A stretch of DNA of 64,000 nucleotides from Haliotis cracherodii (lineage: Eukaryota): positions 66,898,001-66,962,000 of the forward strand of contig NW_027266297.1 of the NCBI RefSeq assembly GCF_022045235.1, read 5' to 3'. Made by a program: the position numbers and the translations under genes. The notes beneath the pieces are model-generated. The model was not told where the DNA came from, ran no database searches, and worked only from the letters and a program-made list of their open reading frames with translations. Of the stretch, positions 1 through 12,069 are shown piece after piece (position 1 is the stretch's first letter; every line of letters begins with the position of its first letter).

Positions 1-517
1 TATTGTGCAGATTAAAATAAATAAATGCAGCAAAGAGAGCCAGGCCTGTAGGGCTCATCATCAGCTCAGGGCCCTTGCCCCCTCGATATTGTATCCCAGA
101 CAGCGAATGGGACTTCTCCCAAGAAACGCTGCCTTGTCGAACCCACCCATGCCTTTTCTGAGAATGTAAAGACTACCCAACACTGCAGCCTTTTCCATTA
201 CCAAGATTGTTGGAAGGGCTGTGTTCCTGACATTCCGTAAGCGAGGTCCACATATTTACCTTGTTTTTCCTGAATAACATTAGTAACAAATGCATTGTGA
301 TTATTTTCGTTCACGTCTGTATCGTCGTGGTCACCATCATCAAACTCATTGTACTTTTGAAGACCTACTTTCAAATTAAAGACGATACAGTAGAGTAGAG
401 TCCAGTGGTCTATAGTCTACAACTTCAATGTCATAAATGTGCATCTTGCAGTCAAGATTCAAAGGCATACGAAACTGTCATGGCAAGCTGAGTGAAGTAG
501 TATCATCTGTATTCAAG

Positions 518-2485
518 GACAGTGACCCCCCGAGAGATGATTGTAGCCGATCTCGACACAGGACCACCTCGGTAAGTTGTCACCATTCATACCTCTTATG
601 ATTGCTCAATTCAATTTCTTTTCTGTATACGACTGAGACGTCGCATCTTTTTCGTTACAATGAGCGATATGAAGTCATAATGGTGACGTTCGCTGTAGAA
701 CGAAAGCTTTGCAAAGCTTGCTTATTTTTTTCTTAGAGGTGCCCACCTCAAGTTAGCTTTCCAAGTTGCCGTGCTTATATGTTCGAGTGAAGTATTACCG
801 TGTAAACAAACTGCCTGAGCATATACAGCACCACATAGATTTTTTAGCTGATTCACAATTACCTTAACCCAAGAGGTAATGGCAACGCATTCTCCTGCTT
901 TAATCTGTAATGCTGCTTTATAACCAAAGTATCGAAGAGCAGCGTTAATTCCCAGGCCACTCACTGACCTGTTGTAAGATAAAATGAGTTGGTTGGTTGC
1001 AGGAGAATGACATCTCCAGACAAGTGAGTCACCTCCAGAAGGAGATGGAGAAACAGAGTGAGGGGCAGGCAAGCATAAAGCAGAGCCAGGACGAACTGAA
1101 AAAGACTGTGTTGGAACTCAAGGACAGTGTTACATCTCGATCTTGCAGCGTCGGTGACATCTTCTCTCAGGAAGAACCTTATTGCACATCAACGCCAGCC
1201 CCTCGCAGGGTAATGACCGGCACAGGTCTTTCTTTTATATCAGATACATGGTAATATTCAAAATCCAATACTGAATCCAACCCTCAAATGCCGTACCGTT
1301 ATTTGAATGTATGTCATATAGCCTTCAAACTATATGTATTAAGAACAGCTGGGCGTAATTTCTTTTGTCACACAAAAAAGCAAACTAAATTGTAAAATAA
1401 TCCTTACACATCTGTAGTGTCCGATTAAGTTCCAATCCAGGCCAATGTTTTTGTCTCAGTATTTCTCTTTTCATCTTTCCATTTCGTACATTCCCCCTTC
1501 AGGTGTTCTCTCGCACCAGCAGCTCCACCAGTGTTCCTGCTTTCTGTTTCACATCTGGGACCACCTCGGACTTCAGTGAGTTGTCCTCATGCAACTCTGG
1601 CTTTACCAAGTCAATGGACATCTTGCGACAGAGGGACACTTTGGAGACATGCCTGTCAAGAGAGGTAATTGGGACTTTTTGAGTAATCAAACAATTTGGA
1701 GAAAGATGATCTTAGTCTCTGCAAAAAACTGCCTACCCTTTTTTTCGAACAAAATAATACTGCAAATGACCAACTTTTATGATAAAAGCCAACGGATGAA
1801 TATAGGAATGTGTCCGAACAAAATGTCCGTTTCAGACATCTATAATTAAGATGATGGCAATGGTTTAGCTTTTGATAAGAATTGAATGAGTAGTCTAAAT
1901 GTGAATGCTTCACATTACATAACGTTAATCTCAACTCACATAGATGCTGAGGAATGTGGAAAGGCATTTGGAAGATGTTAAACTCAGAGACCAGCAGCTT
2001 TCAGACGATATGGCCCAACTGATGGCACGCGTGAAAGACCTCTGGCGTCTGAATACTCGGGACAAACGTAACCGTGGAAGTTACCACTCCTTGGTGAATG
2101 CAGACCACAGAACAGATCCCCTGCCTCCTCATATCCAAGCCTTTTGTATGAAACTGGAAGATGTCATACGTACGTACATCGATAGGCTGGCCACCAGGTT
2201 AACCCCTACCATATTAGACAGCCTCCGTGGTCTAGTGGTAGAGCGTCTGCCCATTGAGCGGAAGGTTCGGCGTTCGATCCTGGCCGCGTGACACTAAAAG
2301 ACTTTAAAGTATGGTACTTGTTCTTACACTGTCTGGCGCTCGTCACTAAGAGGACTGATCGGCTCGGAGTATACTGTGTCTGAGTGGGGTATTCATGTTA
2401 AATTGCGACATGGTATCTCAGTTGGCTAGCACTATAAAATCGGACTTATTCCGGACTAGTACAAGCCGTCACACACACACACGCA

Positions 2486-2517
<32 letters not shown>

Positions 2518-5500
2518 CACGTCGTTATATAAGTGCAATAAATACCCTATTTAGCTGACGAACCAGGAACTGGATTATTGTACAAATCAACCTTAATCCA
2601 TATTCACTCATTCACTCACTCATTTACCAATTTACTTCCAAAGACATTTCAAACAATTGTACTACATGTATTTGTAAGGAGGTTTTACTGATGTTAAAAC
2701 CCCACCCTTCCAGACGTCCGTGTGAGTGACCTGGCGAGATATCTCAATGTGTCTGACATGAGAATTCTGGACGGTAACAACGCATCCTGTAGGAGCCTGT
2801 TCTGGGGGGTAATACAACAATGGAACATGGAATGTCAAGCTAGAGGTTCATCTGCACTGCTGGAAACGCTCATAGATGCATGTCAGAAGTGTGGCGTTCA
2901 CCATCCATTAAAAGGCAAGACCATTTAACCAAAATAATGTCCATAAATGTTGGTGTCAGTTCTGAATGGGCTCATCTTCAAATTCTGTGTTTAATACTTA
3001 TACTGCTGTCTGTCACCGGAAATATACATATATATGTACACGAACTGGTTCTTTCCTTGTAGTGGAGCCAATGCCAGTGCATCACCGCCGGATCCTAGAG
3101 CAGAACTACTCCTACCTGGCCGAGCATGTGATGGTTCCTCTGTTACTCACGTATCTCAGGGACAGTGGATTCCTCACAAACGAACTCGTCCAGTATGTGC
3201 TGCAGCCGGACCCCAGACCAGATAAGGTCCACCGACTGGTGGACATCATGACAGTTTTCGGCAAAAAGTCCCTTAACCTTCTGCAAGATGCCCTGAGAAG
3301 GTCAGATCAGGGTCATATTGCCGATATGTTGGTCTGCAGGGATGAAGAAGTGTTTGAACCAGGTGGGCGAAATGTTTCACTCACAGAGATGACCCCATTT
3401 CCACCAGATACTTATGGACTAATTCTACTTCAAGGACACGGGTCTTTTGCATGTCATAATGTCTAATTTATTAACCATATTTTTTACAAGAAAAATATGA
3501 CACGAAATGATCTAGTATCGGAAATCCACCATCGTATAATATACAACAGTCACACAATAGATACCTGTTCCATGTTAAATAATTCTTCAATGCCTGAATA
3601 ACCAAAATAAAGTCCACAAATGTAAATACTCTGAATGGAGCTCAATATCAAATTATTTGTTTAATATATGTACTGCCGTCTACGACAAGCTTTGGTGAAA
3701 GTCATCTCTCTTCTATCGAAAAAAGTAAAGATTCTCAATTAAATGCCGGTTAACTTTGACACCAGAAGAAAACAAGCAGGACTATGGGTTCTATTTGCAA
3801 CGTTTCTCGGCAATTTATAAGTAGTAATATTTGGAAAAACAAAGTTATGAGGACAATTCTTCCAAGACAGCGCACAGTCTGTATATATATATATATTATG
3901 CTCAAACTGTAACCTGCACATACATGTATGTTATTCATTTTGTTTGTTGTTACCCAGATCAGGCGGTCTCGGCTCTACCCAGTGAGTCAGTTCGCCTACA
4001 GGAGAGCCTAAAGTGCCAGTTGAAGGAACTGAACATCTCCACAGATCAGATCAGGAGGCAGAAGGAGGTGTGTCAGGTACCCTCGTGGAAGCTGTGGTCA
4101 GGTGAGGCCCGCATCTTCTTTCAGTCAAGTGAACCCCAGCCAGGGACAATATGTCTTTATCACCTGTGCATGGATATACAGAACAGCACCATAAGTACCT
4201 TCTTCTCTGTGACGGCTACAAAGCCATGCCATGTTTGCTGTTTCTGGTATTACAGAATGCTCTGACTGAAACTGATTGATTAATCACTGTCTTACTCCAG
4301 GTCACACCTTGTCGTCTTCCATGATATGTTAATAATTAAAAGCGAGGTATATTTACTCATACCATGTTTGCTGTTTCTGGTATTACAGAATGCTTTGACT
4401 GAAACCGATTGATTAATCACTGTCTTACCAGTTACTCCAGGTCACACCTTGTCGTCTTCCATGATATGTTAATGATTAAAAGCGAGGTATATTTACTCAT
4501 ACCATCATTGTGAACGATGTTTGTTTGCATGTGATGTGTGATTTAAGAATGTGTGATACTCATAAGCCTAATAAAATACAATGTATATTGATGATAACAC
4601 TATATACAAAAAGACAATGAATGCATTTCAGGACTGTTTCTCAACTTGGAGGTGTCAGTGAAAATTCCCCACCACACTGTAAATAGTCTGAGGCTGCTTT
4701 TAGAGGCTAACCATCTGCGGGATTTTAAACACGATCATATTGTTCAGCTGTTTGGTGTCAGCATGCAGACAGACCCTCCATGGATCATCACTGAGTCAGT
4801 CACTGGGAACCTGCTGAATTACATTCGGGGTATGCAAGGGATGGAGGTCAGCGCTTCTTTAATACTTGGAATGGCAACTCAGGTAACATTTTCAACAACT
4901 TTGGCTTACAAATGCACTGCAGACCCGTGCTTGTTATCAGAGTAAATGAATGGGTGAGTTAGGTAATTTCAGTTATATCGAAGTGTGTCAATGCGGGAGG
5001 AAAGCCTCAAGTGATTCAGGTCTTAGACGATTTCTTTTTTTGTGAAACCCACGAGCATTGCATCAATGCACATGTTTTGCGGTTGGTCTTTCACTAATTG
5101 TTTTGGAGGCCATGCACGAAAACTCCAATGATGTTCAGCTGATCCGACTGAAGCACCGGTAAAAGATATTATTAAGTATGGTGGGCAATCCATGGCTGAG
5201 GCGCAATGCTCCAATATTTTGTCAATTTTTTTAAGATCTTAATCAAAGTTCTGATGATAATGACGATGTTTTTGCCAGTAACATAAATTATGATAATCAT
5301 GATGATATCTTAGGTTGTAGGATTACAGAAGAAGAAATTATGTCAGCGGTCCGTGCATTGAAGAACAATAAGGCTTGTGGGTTGGATGGTATTTACAATG
5401 AGTACATTAAAAGCTCTATTCATGTTATGATGCCGGTTTACGTAAGGCTTTTTAACCTCGTTTTGGACACTGGTGTTTTACCTGAAGCTTGGCTTGTTGG

Positions 5501-8500
5501 CAAAATAAAACCAATCTACAAAAACAAAGGAAACCAAGCTGACCCAGACAATTACAGAGGTATTTCTATCCTAAGCTGTTTAGGTAAATTGTTCACTACA
5601 CTATTGAATAATCGTTTACAAGCTTACTCAGTTCAGACTAATCTAATAAGCGAAGCGCAAGCAGGATTTAGAAAAAAAACTCAACAATTGACAATATGTT
5701 TTTTCTTAAAGCTCTCATCGATATCTATAGAAATCGTAATAAGAAGTTGTATTGTGTTTTCGTCGATTTTAGCAAAGCTTTCGATACAGTATGGAGGTGT
5801 GGTCTGTGGACAAAAATGATAAAGTCTAATATCAAAGGAAAATATCAAATCTTGTGTTTCACATAATAACAAGGTGTCAGGTTTCTTCCCATGTCAAATT
5901 GGTATAAGACAAGGTGAAAATGTGTCACCTTTTCTGTTTGCATTGTACCACAATGACCTTGAACAATTTTTATCTGAAAATGACTTTGAAGGACTGTATA
6001 ATGTAAATAACCTTTTAATAGATTCACTTGAACTGTGCATAAAACTTTTTCTCATTTTGTATGCCGAGGATACTGTTTTAATGGCCGAAAGCCCAGAAGA
6101 TTTAAGAAAGTGTCTCACTATATTTGAAGAATATTGTATTATCTGGAAACTTAAAGTCAATGTTGACAAAACGAAAGTTGTTATTTTTGCCAAGCACTCC
6201 ACAAATAGAGTCTTCAATTTTATGTTAAATGGCTCGATTCTTCATGTTGTTTACCTTGGTATTTGATTTACAAACACTGGTAGATTTTGTAAGGCACTAA
6301 AAAGACTGACAGATCAGGCATCTAGAGCAATGTACGCAGTATTTCGTAAAATTAGAATATTAGAAATTCCTATTGACTGTCAATTGAAATTATTTGAACA
6401 ACTTGTTCAGCCAGTATTGTTATATGGATCTGAGGTGTGGGGTTTTGAAAATGCTGTTGTCATTGAACGTGTACATCTTAAATTTTGTAAATATATTCTC
6501 AAGTTAAAACAGTCAACACCCGATTACATGGCCATGGTATATGGTAAACTAGGGAGGTATCCTCTCAGCATTTTCATCAAGATAAGAATGATTTCATATT
6601 GGTGCAAGCTAACATCATCACAAACTAGCCTTTCTAGTATAGTATATAAACTTATGTTTCAAATGTCCATTGTAAATCCAGATTACCATTTCCCACTATT
6701 AAAAGAAGTAAAATGCATTCTTCAAAATATAGGCTTTAATTACATTTGGTTGTCTCAAACCTATATTAGTGCTGCATGGTTGAAACAAAATGTGAAACAT
6801 GTTCTCATTGATAATTTTCTGCAAAGATGGCGAGAATCAAAGGAAAATTCATCTAAAGGTTACTATTATAACATGTTTAAAGAGTTACCATCCCTAGAGC
6901 CTTATTTACTAGAACTACCAATCACCTTACGCATCTCTCTTGCTCGTTTTAGAACAGCAAATCATAGATTACCCATTGAAACAGGAAGATGGTATAATAT
7001 TGTGAGAGAGGAAAGAAAATGTACATTGTGTAAAAATTGATATGTGATGAAATGCACTTTTTATTAGAATATCCAAAACTCTCAGAAATTAGAAACAAGT
7101 TTTTGTCTCAATACTACTGTATGTATCCTTCTGCCATAAAATTCTCCCATTTGATATCCATTACTTATAAGCTAATTCTATTAAAACTGGCGAGTTATAT
7201 AAGATCATGTATGGAAATGTTCCACTGACATGTTTTCTCCTACTGTATCTAATTCCTGTATCCAATTACATCTCTGTATCACTGCCGTGATTTACGAGAA
7301 TAAACATCATTCAATCAATATCTTGGCGTAGGATATGTGCTTCAACCCAAACTCACTCATTCTATATATGTTGCGGAGGGTGTTAATTTCCTATGTATAA
7401 CACTCAGGATTTCCAGCTCAGTAACATGATCCAGATAACCTTCAGGGATGTAGCTCCATTCATGAATGAATGAATGAATGAATAACATTTAACACTTTAC
7501 TCGGTAAAATGAACCAGATGACCATGCAGGGATATAAATCCATTCACTGCTGCATAATGACTGACTGACTGACTGAATGAATCTATGAATGAATCTTACC
7601 GGAAAGTTTAGCCCTATCCAGTGTATGACGGAGGTGACATATTTTCATAAAATTATGATTTTGATGAATGAAGGTGACTTGTTATTGCAGCTGAGCAGCG
7701 GTATGGCTCACCTGGAGGGGAAGGAATGCATCCATGGTGACCTGCGAGCTGAGAACATCCTGATGACCGACAATAGAACCCTCAAGGTTGCCAACTTTCA
7801 TGTCACGATCCCTTCTGACAAGACTGATGAAAGTATGTTGCTTTCATAATGTATTCGTTTCAAAACAGAATTATAAATATATATAGATGTGCCAATTGTT
7901 TCATAATAGCATGTCTCTCATTAGTACCTTGAGGATTCTAGTTGCCAAGAAATGATGCCTTCCAATGTATTTTGACTGCAGTGGTAATGCCCACATCTCC
8001 CTGGCGACTAATTCTTTACCAGCTGACTTACCTGTTAATTTAATCAATTCTCACTGATTCTTGATGAAATCTAAATATGTCAAACCTCAACGTAAGTAGA
8101 ATGGTACTCCTTTCAGTGGCTAACTACAGTAGATGGTCAGCTCCCGAGGTCATCAACTCAGGGGTGAGATCCACCAAGGCGGATGTATGGGCCTATGGTA
8201 TACTGTTGTGGGAACTCGTCACCCTGGGAATGGTTCCATATCCAGGTAAACTCGTCATCACCACACATAGAGCTAACACCTGCTCCATTGTAGCTCTGCA
8301 TATTTCGGAAGTGGTAACTAACAAGATTGCAAAATCATGTTATTCCTGTTAAAAAATTATGTCCAATGCTGTAATATTTAAGCTAAACCTGATCTATATT
8401 TTAGAGTGAAGGTGCGTGTTTTCTTCTGTGTAGATTTTGCAATCGACCTTATGGCGGACAAGGTTCTTCATGGGTACGTCATGCCTCCTCCACGTCCACA

Positions 8501-9274
8501 ATTTCAAGCCCCCTTCGTCATATTTGACATCATGAAAAGGTGTTGGAGATATCATACTTCTGAAAGACCAAACTTTAAAGAAGTGGATACTGAGCTCACC
8601 ACTTGTCTGGAAAGACGAAACTTTGGACGAGAGGTAGGAAGCTATTTGAAAACATACTAGAACATGTTTGCAAAAACAAATGTGTGAACTCATAGCTTTT
8701 ATTTGCACGAATGCATCGGACCAATTCACTAAAGGAAATTAAATATCACAAGATATATGTCTAAACATCTACCTCTCTGTATGACTGAAAGTATCTATGT
8801 GAAAATTGCTTGATTGCAGGATCACTCCCCCATGATAACTTCAGTGGAAGTTAGCATTGTGGGTAAATGTATACTTCAAACCGATTCCCATACATGATGT
8901 ATCCACTTGATCTTCATAATTGAAAGTTCCAGAAGTCAAGAGTATTTTGTAAGAATTTAACTATTTTTATGATTGTCATTACATTATCAGTATGGCTTAT
9001 TACAAGTGTGTAAGAAACATGTATCTTACTACAGCGCCCAAGACATAACAAAGGGTCACGTCGTTCGAGTGTGGACAGTCGACGTGACTCCGTCAGACGC
9101 CAACGTAGGATCCGACAGAAGGAGACGCAGGAGGGGGTGTTGAATGAAGGACCGCATGTGCCCAAAGGTGCCCAGAAATATCCTGAGAAGGATGATTGCA
9201 CGAAGAAGGAGGAGAAGATGAAGAAGAAAAGCATATGGGAGAGATTGGGACTGGTTAGGAAGAAGAAGAAATAA
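518..9274 (+). CDS. Multi-exon gene, 5'-incomplete: coiled-coil + death domain + CARD + Src-like tyrosine (pseudo)kinase, at least 761 aa
   Basis: Phase-consistent exons 518-571, 1003-1209, 1503-1664, 1944-2169, 2714-2914, 3063-3362, 3958-4101, 4632-4882, 7691-7832, 8117-8245, 8434-8633, 8820-8849 (least certain) and 9035-9274; total 2286 nt, divisible by 3, ending TAA. Death-domain-like segment SDLARYLNVSD...VIQQW...LETLIDACQKCG. CARD-like segment HRRILEQNYSYLAEHV...LLTYLRDSGFLT...DKVHRLVDIM...LLQDALRRSDQGHIADML. Kinase motifs VSVK, EANHL, HDHIVQLFGV, HGDLRAENIL, RWSAPE, KADVWAYGILLWELVTLGMVPYP, CW...ERPNF. No start codon located. Confidence 0.85.
2218..2545 (+). mobile_element. tRNA-derived SINE (family C) in an intron, with internal (CA)/(CGCA) microsatellite
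   Basis: A box TGGTCTAGTGG and B box GTTCGATCC. The body (GTATACTGTGTCTGAGTGGGGTATTCATGTTAAA...GCTAGCACTATAAA...CCGGACTAGTACA) matches the reverse complement of 58983-59304. Confidence 0.8.
4229..4503. repeat. Tandem duplication of about 135 bp in an intron
   Basis: CCATGTTTGCTGTTTCTGGTATTACAGAATGC...GAGGTATATTTACTCATA occurs at about 4229-4361 and again at about 4362-4501 with few differences. Confidence 0.85.
4948..5065 (-). mobile_element. Degenerate 3' part of a family B SINE
   Basis: GGGAGGAAAGCC...CAGGTCTTAGACG...GTGAAACCCACGAGCA aligns with 24414-24697. Confidence 0.6.
5220..7320 (+). mobile_element. 5'-truncated, frameshifted CR1/L2-type LINE (RT and C-terminal region) in the kinase intron
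   Basis: ORF pieces 5340-5819, 5874-6266, 6330-7040 and 7037-7228 carry KACGLDGI, NYRGISILSCLGKLF, QAGFR, GIRQGENVSPFLF, LYAEDT, LLYGSEVWG and HRLPIETGRW...CTLC; AATAAA and a short tail near 7298-7320. Confidence 0.9.
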
Positions 9275-9397
9275 ACATGTCGATTTTTTTATGCTTCACA
9301 TATGATATCATTGTGCATAGTTTTCTCATAAAAACGATTTTGTCGCTTGTATATTCAACATGATCTCAACTGACCTCATATCAGGCATGTCATCGTA

Positions 9398-9662
9398 TCA
9401 ACATTCATTTCAACATTCCATACAGCTGTCAACATTCATTTCAACATTCCATACAGCTGTCAACATTCATTTCAACATTCCATACAGCTGTCAACATTCG
9501 TTTCAACATTCCATACAGCTGTCAACATTCCATACAGCTGTCAACATTCGTTTCAACATTCCATACAGCTGTCAACATTCATTTCAACATTCCATACAGC
9601 TGTCAATATTCATTCCAACATTCCATACAGCTGTCAACATTCATTCCAACATTCCATACAGC
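9398..9662. repeat. 31-bp tandem repeat, about 8-9 units
   Basis: Unit TCAACATTCATTTCAACATTCCATACAGCTG; TACAG recurs at 9421, 9452 and onward. Confidence 0.9.
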
Positions 9663-9916
9663 CATGCAGATATAGAAATCGATCGCACAACACAGTATTA
9701 CGTGATTATTGCTCACATTGAAAAGATAGTTAATACGTAGTGTTTTATCAACTGAACTCGACCAAGCTGAATTTTTACGAACCATTTCAGTACATATTTA
9801 CACTCTCGACAAAATGGCAAGAACTGATATTTTGGTACAATTTGGTGGTCTATTGTCATTGCAATGTAGCAGGCCACTGGAAGTTCCGAGAAAATGGCTT
9901 TACTGTATAGAACATG

Positions 9917-10060
9917 NNNNNNNNNNNNNNNNNNNNNNNNNNNNNNNNNNNNNNNNNNNNNNNNNNNNNNNNNNNNNNNNNNNNNNNNNNNNNNNNNNNN
10001 NNNNNNNNNNNNNNNNNNNNNNNNNNNNNNNNNNNNNNNNNNNNNNNNNNNNNNNNNNNN
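9917..10060. other. Assembly gap
   Basis: Run of N. Confidence 1.
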
Positions 10061-10534
10061 NATATATAGATAGATATATTTTAAAAGTTATTTTTTCAAA
10101 GCAAACATAACAATACTATAAAAATATATGCAATATTTCATATATTTAGTGACTTGTAAATGGCCTAACAATAGATTAGTGGCATATTTTTAATTCTTTC
10201 TTTTTAACAGCATATGTTTTCTCTTTTGTTTATTTATATCTTTACATCAGAGGTAATTTGGGTATTGTACCAGGCAGAGTTTTACATTTCAGAAAATGAG
10301 CAGCTGTACATAGTATTCGATGATGGTGTTTTTGTGTGGCAGATGACACTATGTTTCCATCTTCTAATATTTTGAAGATAAGTGTATGAAAGGGGGCTCA
10401 GGGTTTGACAGGGGAGTCTGCCAGTTGCCTATCTGTAGATAACAGCGACAATACCCTTTCTATATTCATAAGAAGTCTCTGCCGATTGTACGGTTCCGAT
10501 TAGATCATGTGCATGTGCTTATGAATCACCATCA

Positions 10535-10965
10535 AAATAGTGATAAAACCAGGTGTACGCGAATAGGTGAGCGTATCCTGCTCTGCCGGTGGCATCCGTC
10601 ACAAACACATGCAAAGGCAAGTCAGTTGCTCTCCTGAAAACAACACGGGGACATAGGATACAAATTAAAATAGGGAATTGCATCGGACATCATATTGTCA
10701 ATGATGCGCCAAATTTGGAAATGTCCTCCACAATGCCTACCAAAAATATTTACATAGACAGTGCATGTGTAACTTGGATCAAACAAAAAGATGAGCAAGA
10801 TTCGTATGACGCTGTTTGAAATCTTGGTTGAAAGAGCATGCTCGATTGTACCTCAAAAGTTGTAAAATGCAAATACCAAAGGCTGAAGCCGTTTGAATAT
10901 TGCTCGACATATAGGGAAAGTTTACATTTTGAAAGTTGAAGTCATCCCTCTTGTCATACAGTCTT
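10535..10965 (-). mobile_element. Degenerate Penelope-like RT 3' fragment
   Basis: Minus strand reads LYDKRDDFNFQNVNFPYMSSNI..ASAFGICILQLLRYNRACSFNQDF, a Penelope-like RT thumb motif. It is followed by GGATGCCACCGGCAGAGCAGGATACGCTCACC...CACCTGG, which also occurs in the copy at about 38140. Confidence 0.7.
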
Positions 10966-12069
10966 GTTGGGTGTTCCTTCAGTCTGAGTTACGCTCATGC
11001 ATATGGGTTTCTTCTGTAAGTCTGTAAAACAAAACACGATAACCAACTGAGAACAGGATATGGCTAGTCTTCATGCATGCGTGCATAACCATGTGCCAAA
11101 AGATTTTTGCTTGTATATAATCTATCTATTAGCACCAGGCTAAAATGGAAAAAAAAACTGACTGACAAATTAATTTCAGGGCCATTCTATGAATGTAAAA
11201 GTTATTATTGAAAGTATTATTGACTTTTCTGACAAAGAGTGACGGGAGTGTTATATGTCATGTATAATACATTAAGAATCCCTGTTGTAAAGTGGCATTT
11301 GTGCATTACTTTAGCATTAGTTAGTTTAAGCATCAGCTATATCACCCGTGTGACGTCCTGTTGTTCTTTGCGAACATGAGGATGTCTGAGGTCGTTCGTG
11401 TTCAAAACATGTTTTACAAGTTTTCAAAATTTGACGCATAGTGACCAAAATGATACCCGATGCAATTCCATATTTTGACTTGTACCGTATGTTCGTTCAC
11501 GTTTTCGCGAACACGTAGTATCACGACTATTTGATAGTGATGCCGAAACACATGTTAGTCGGAATCGCTAGATCGAATCTGCTTTAGGCAGAGATTTCTT
11601 ATAACCATAACAGTGTGTTAGATCAACGTCAACTTACAAAACTCGTAACAATCAAATGCATTGAATGAGGAAAGAAATGGCAAAAGAAAATGGACATAAA
11701 TAAAGTATATTGCCTGCGATAATATCGTCATCTGCTTGTGGGGTTCTGAGAACGTACATACAGTGAAAAGTATAGCAGTTTATGAAATAAATCACATTCA
11801 GTATGAAATGAATCACATTAAGTATTTCAATTGTTGTTTACCTGTGGCCAGACTGAGAGCAACCCCCACCTCCAGCAGGTTGAGGAATCCTAACACCTGG
11901 TACAGAGTGTGTAGAACAGACTGTGAAAGGCATCCAGGTCTGATATGGTAGAAATGAAAGTTTGCTTTATAATAGTATAATAATAGGTTTTTTTATCAAT
12001 TATGCCAGATGTCATTCACAGGGTACTACATTATTACTACCCTGGTGAAGGGATCAGTGTGCATTCGAT

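Noticed and set aside
11-236. Possible upstream exon of the kinase gene ending at GTAAGC (237)
   Set aside because: The frame needed for a phase 0 junction has TGA at 228-230, so it could not be linked.
2170-2291. C-terminal part of ORF 1944-2291
   Set aside because: It reads through the GTACGT donor at 2170 into intron and SINE sequence.
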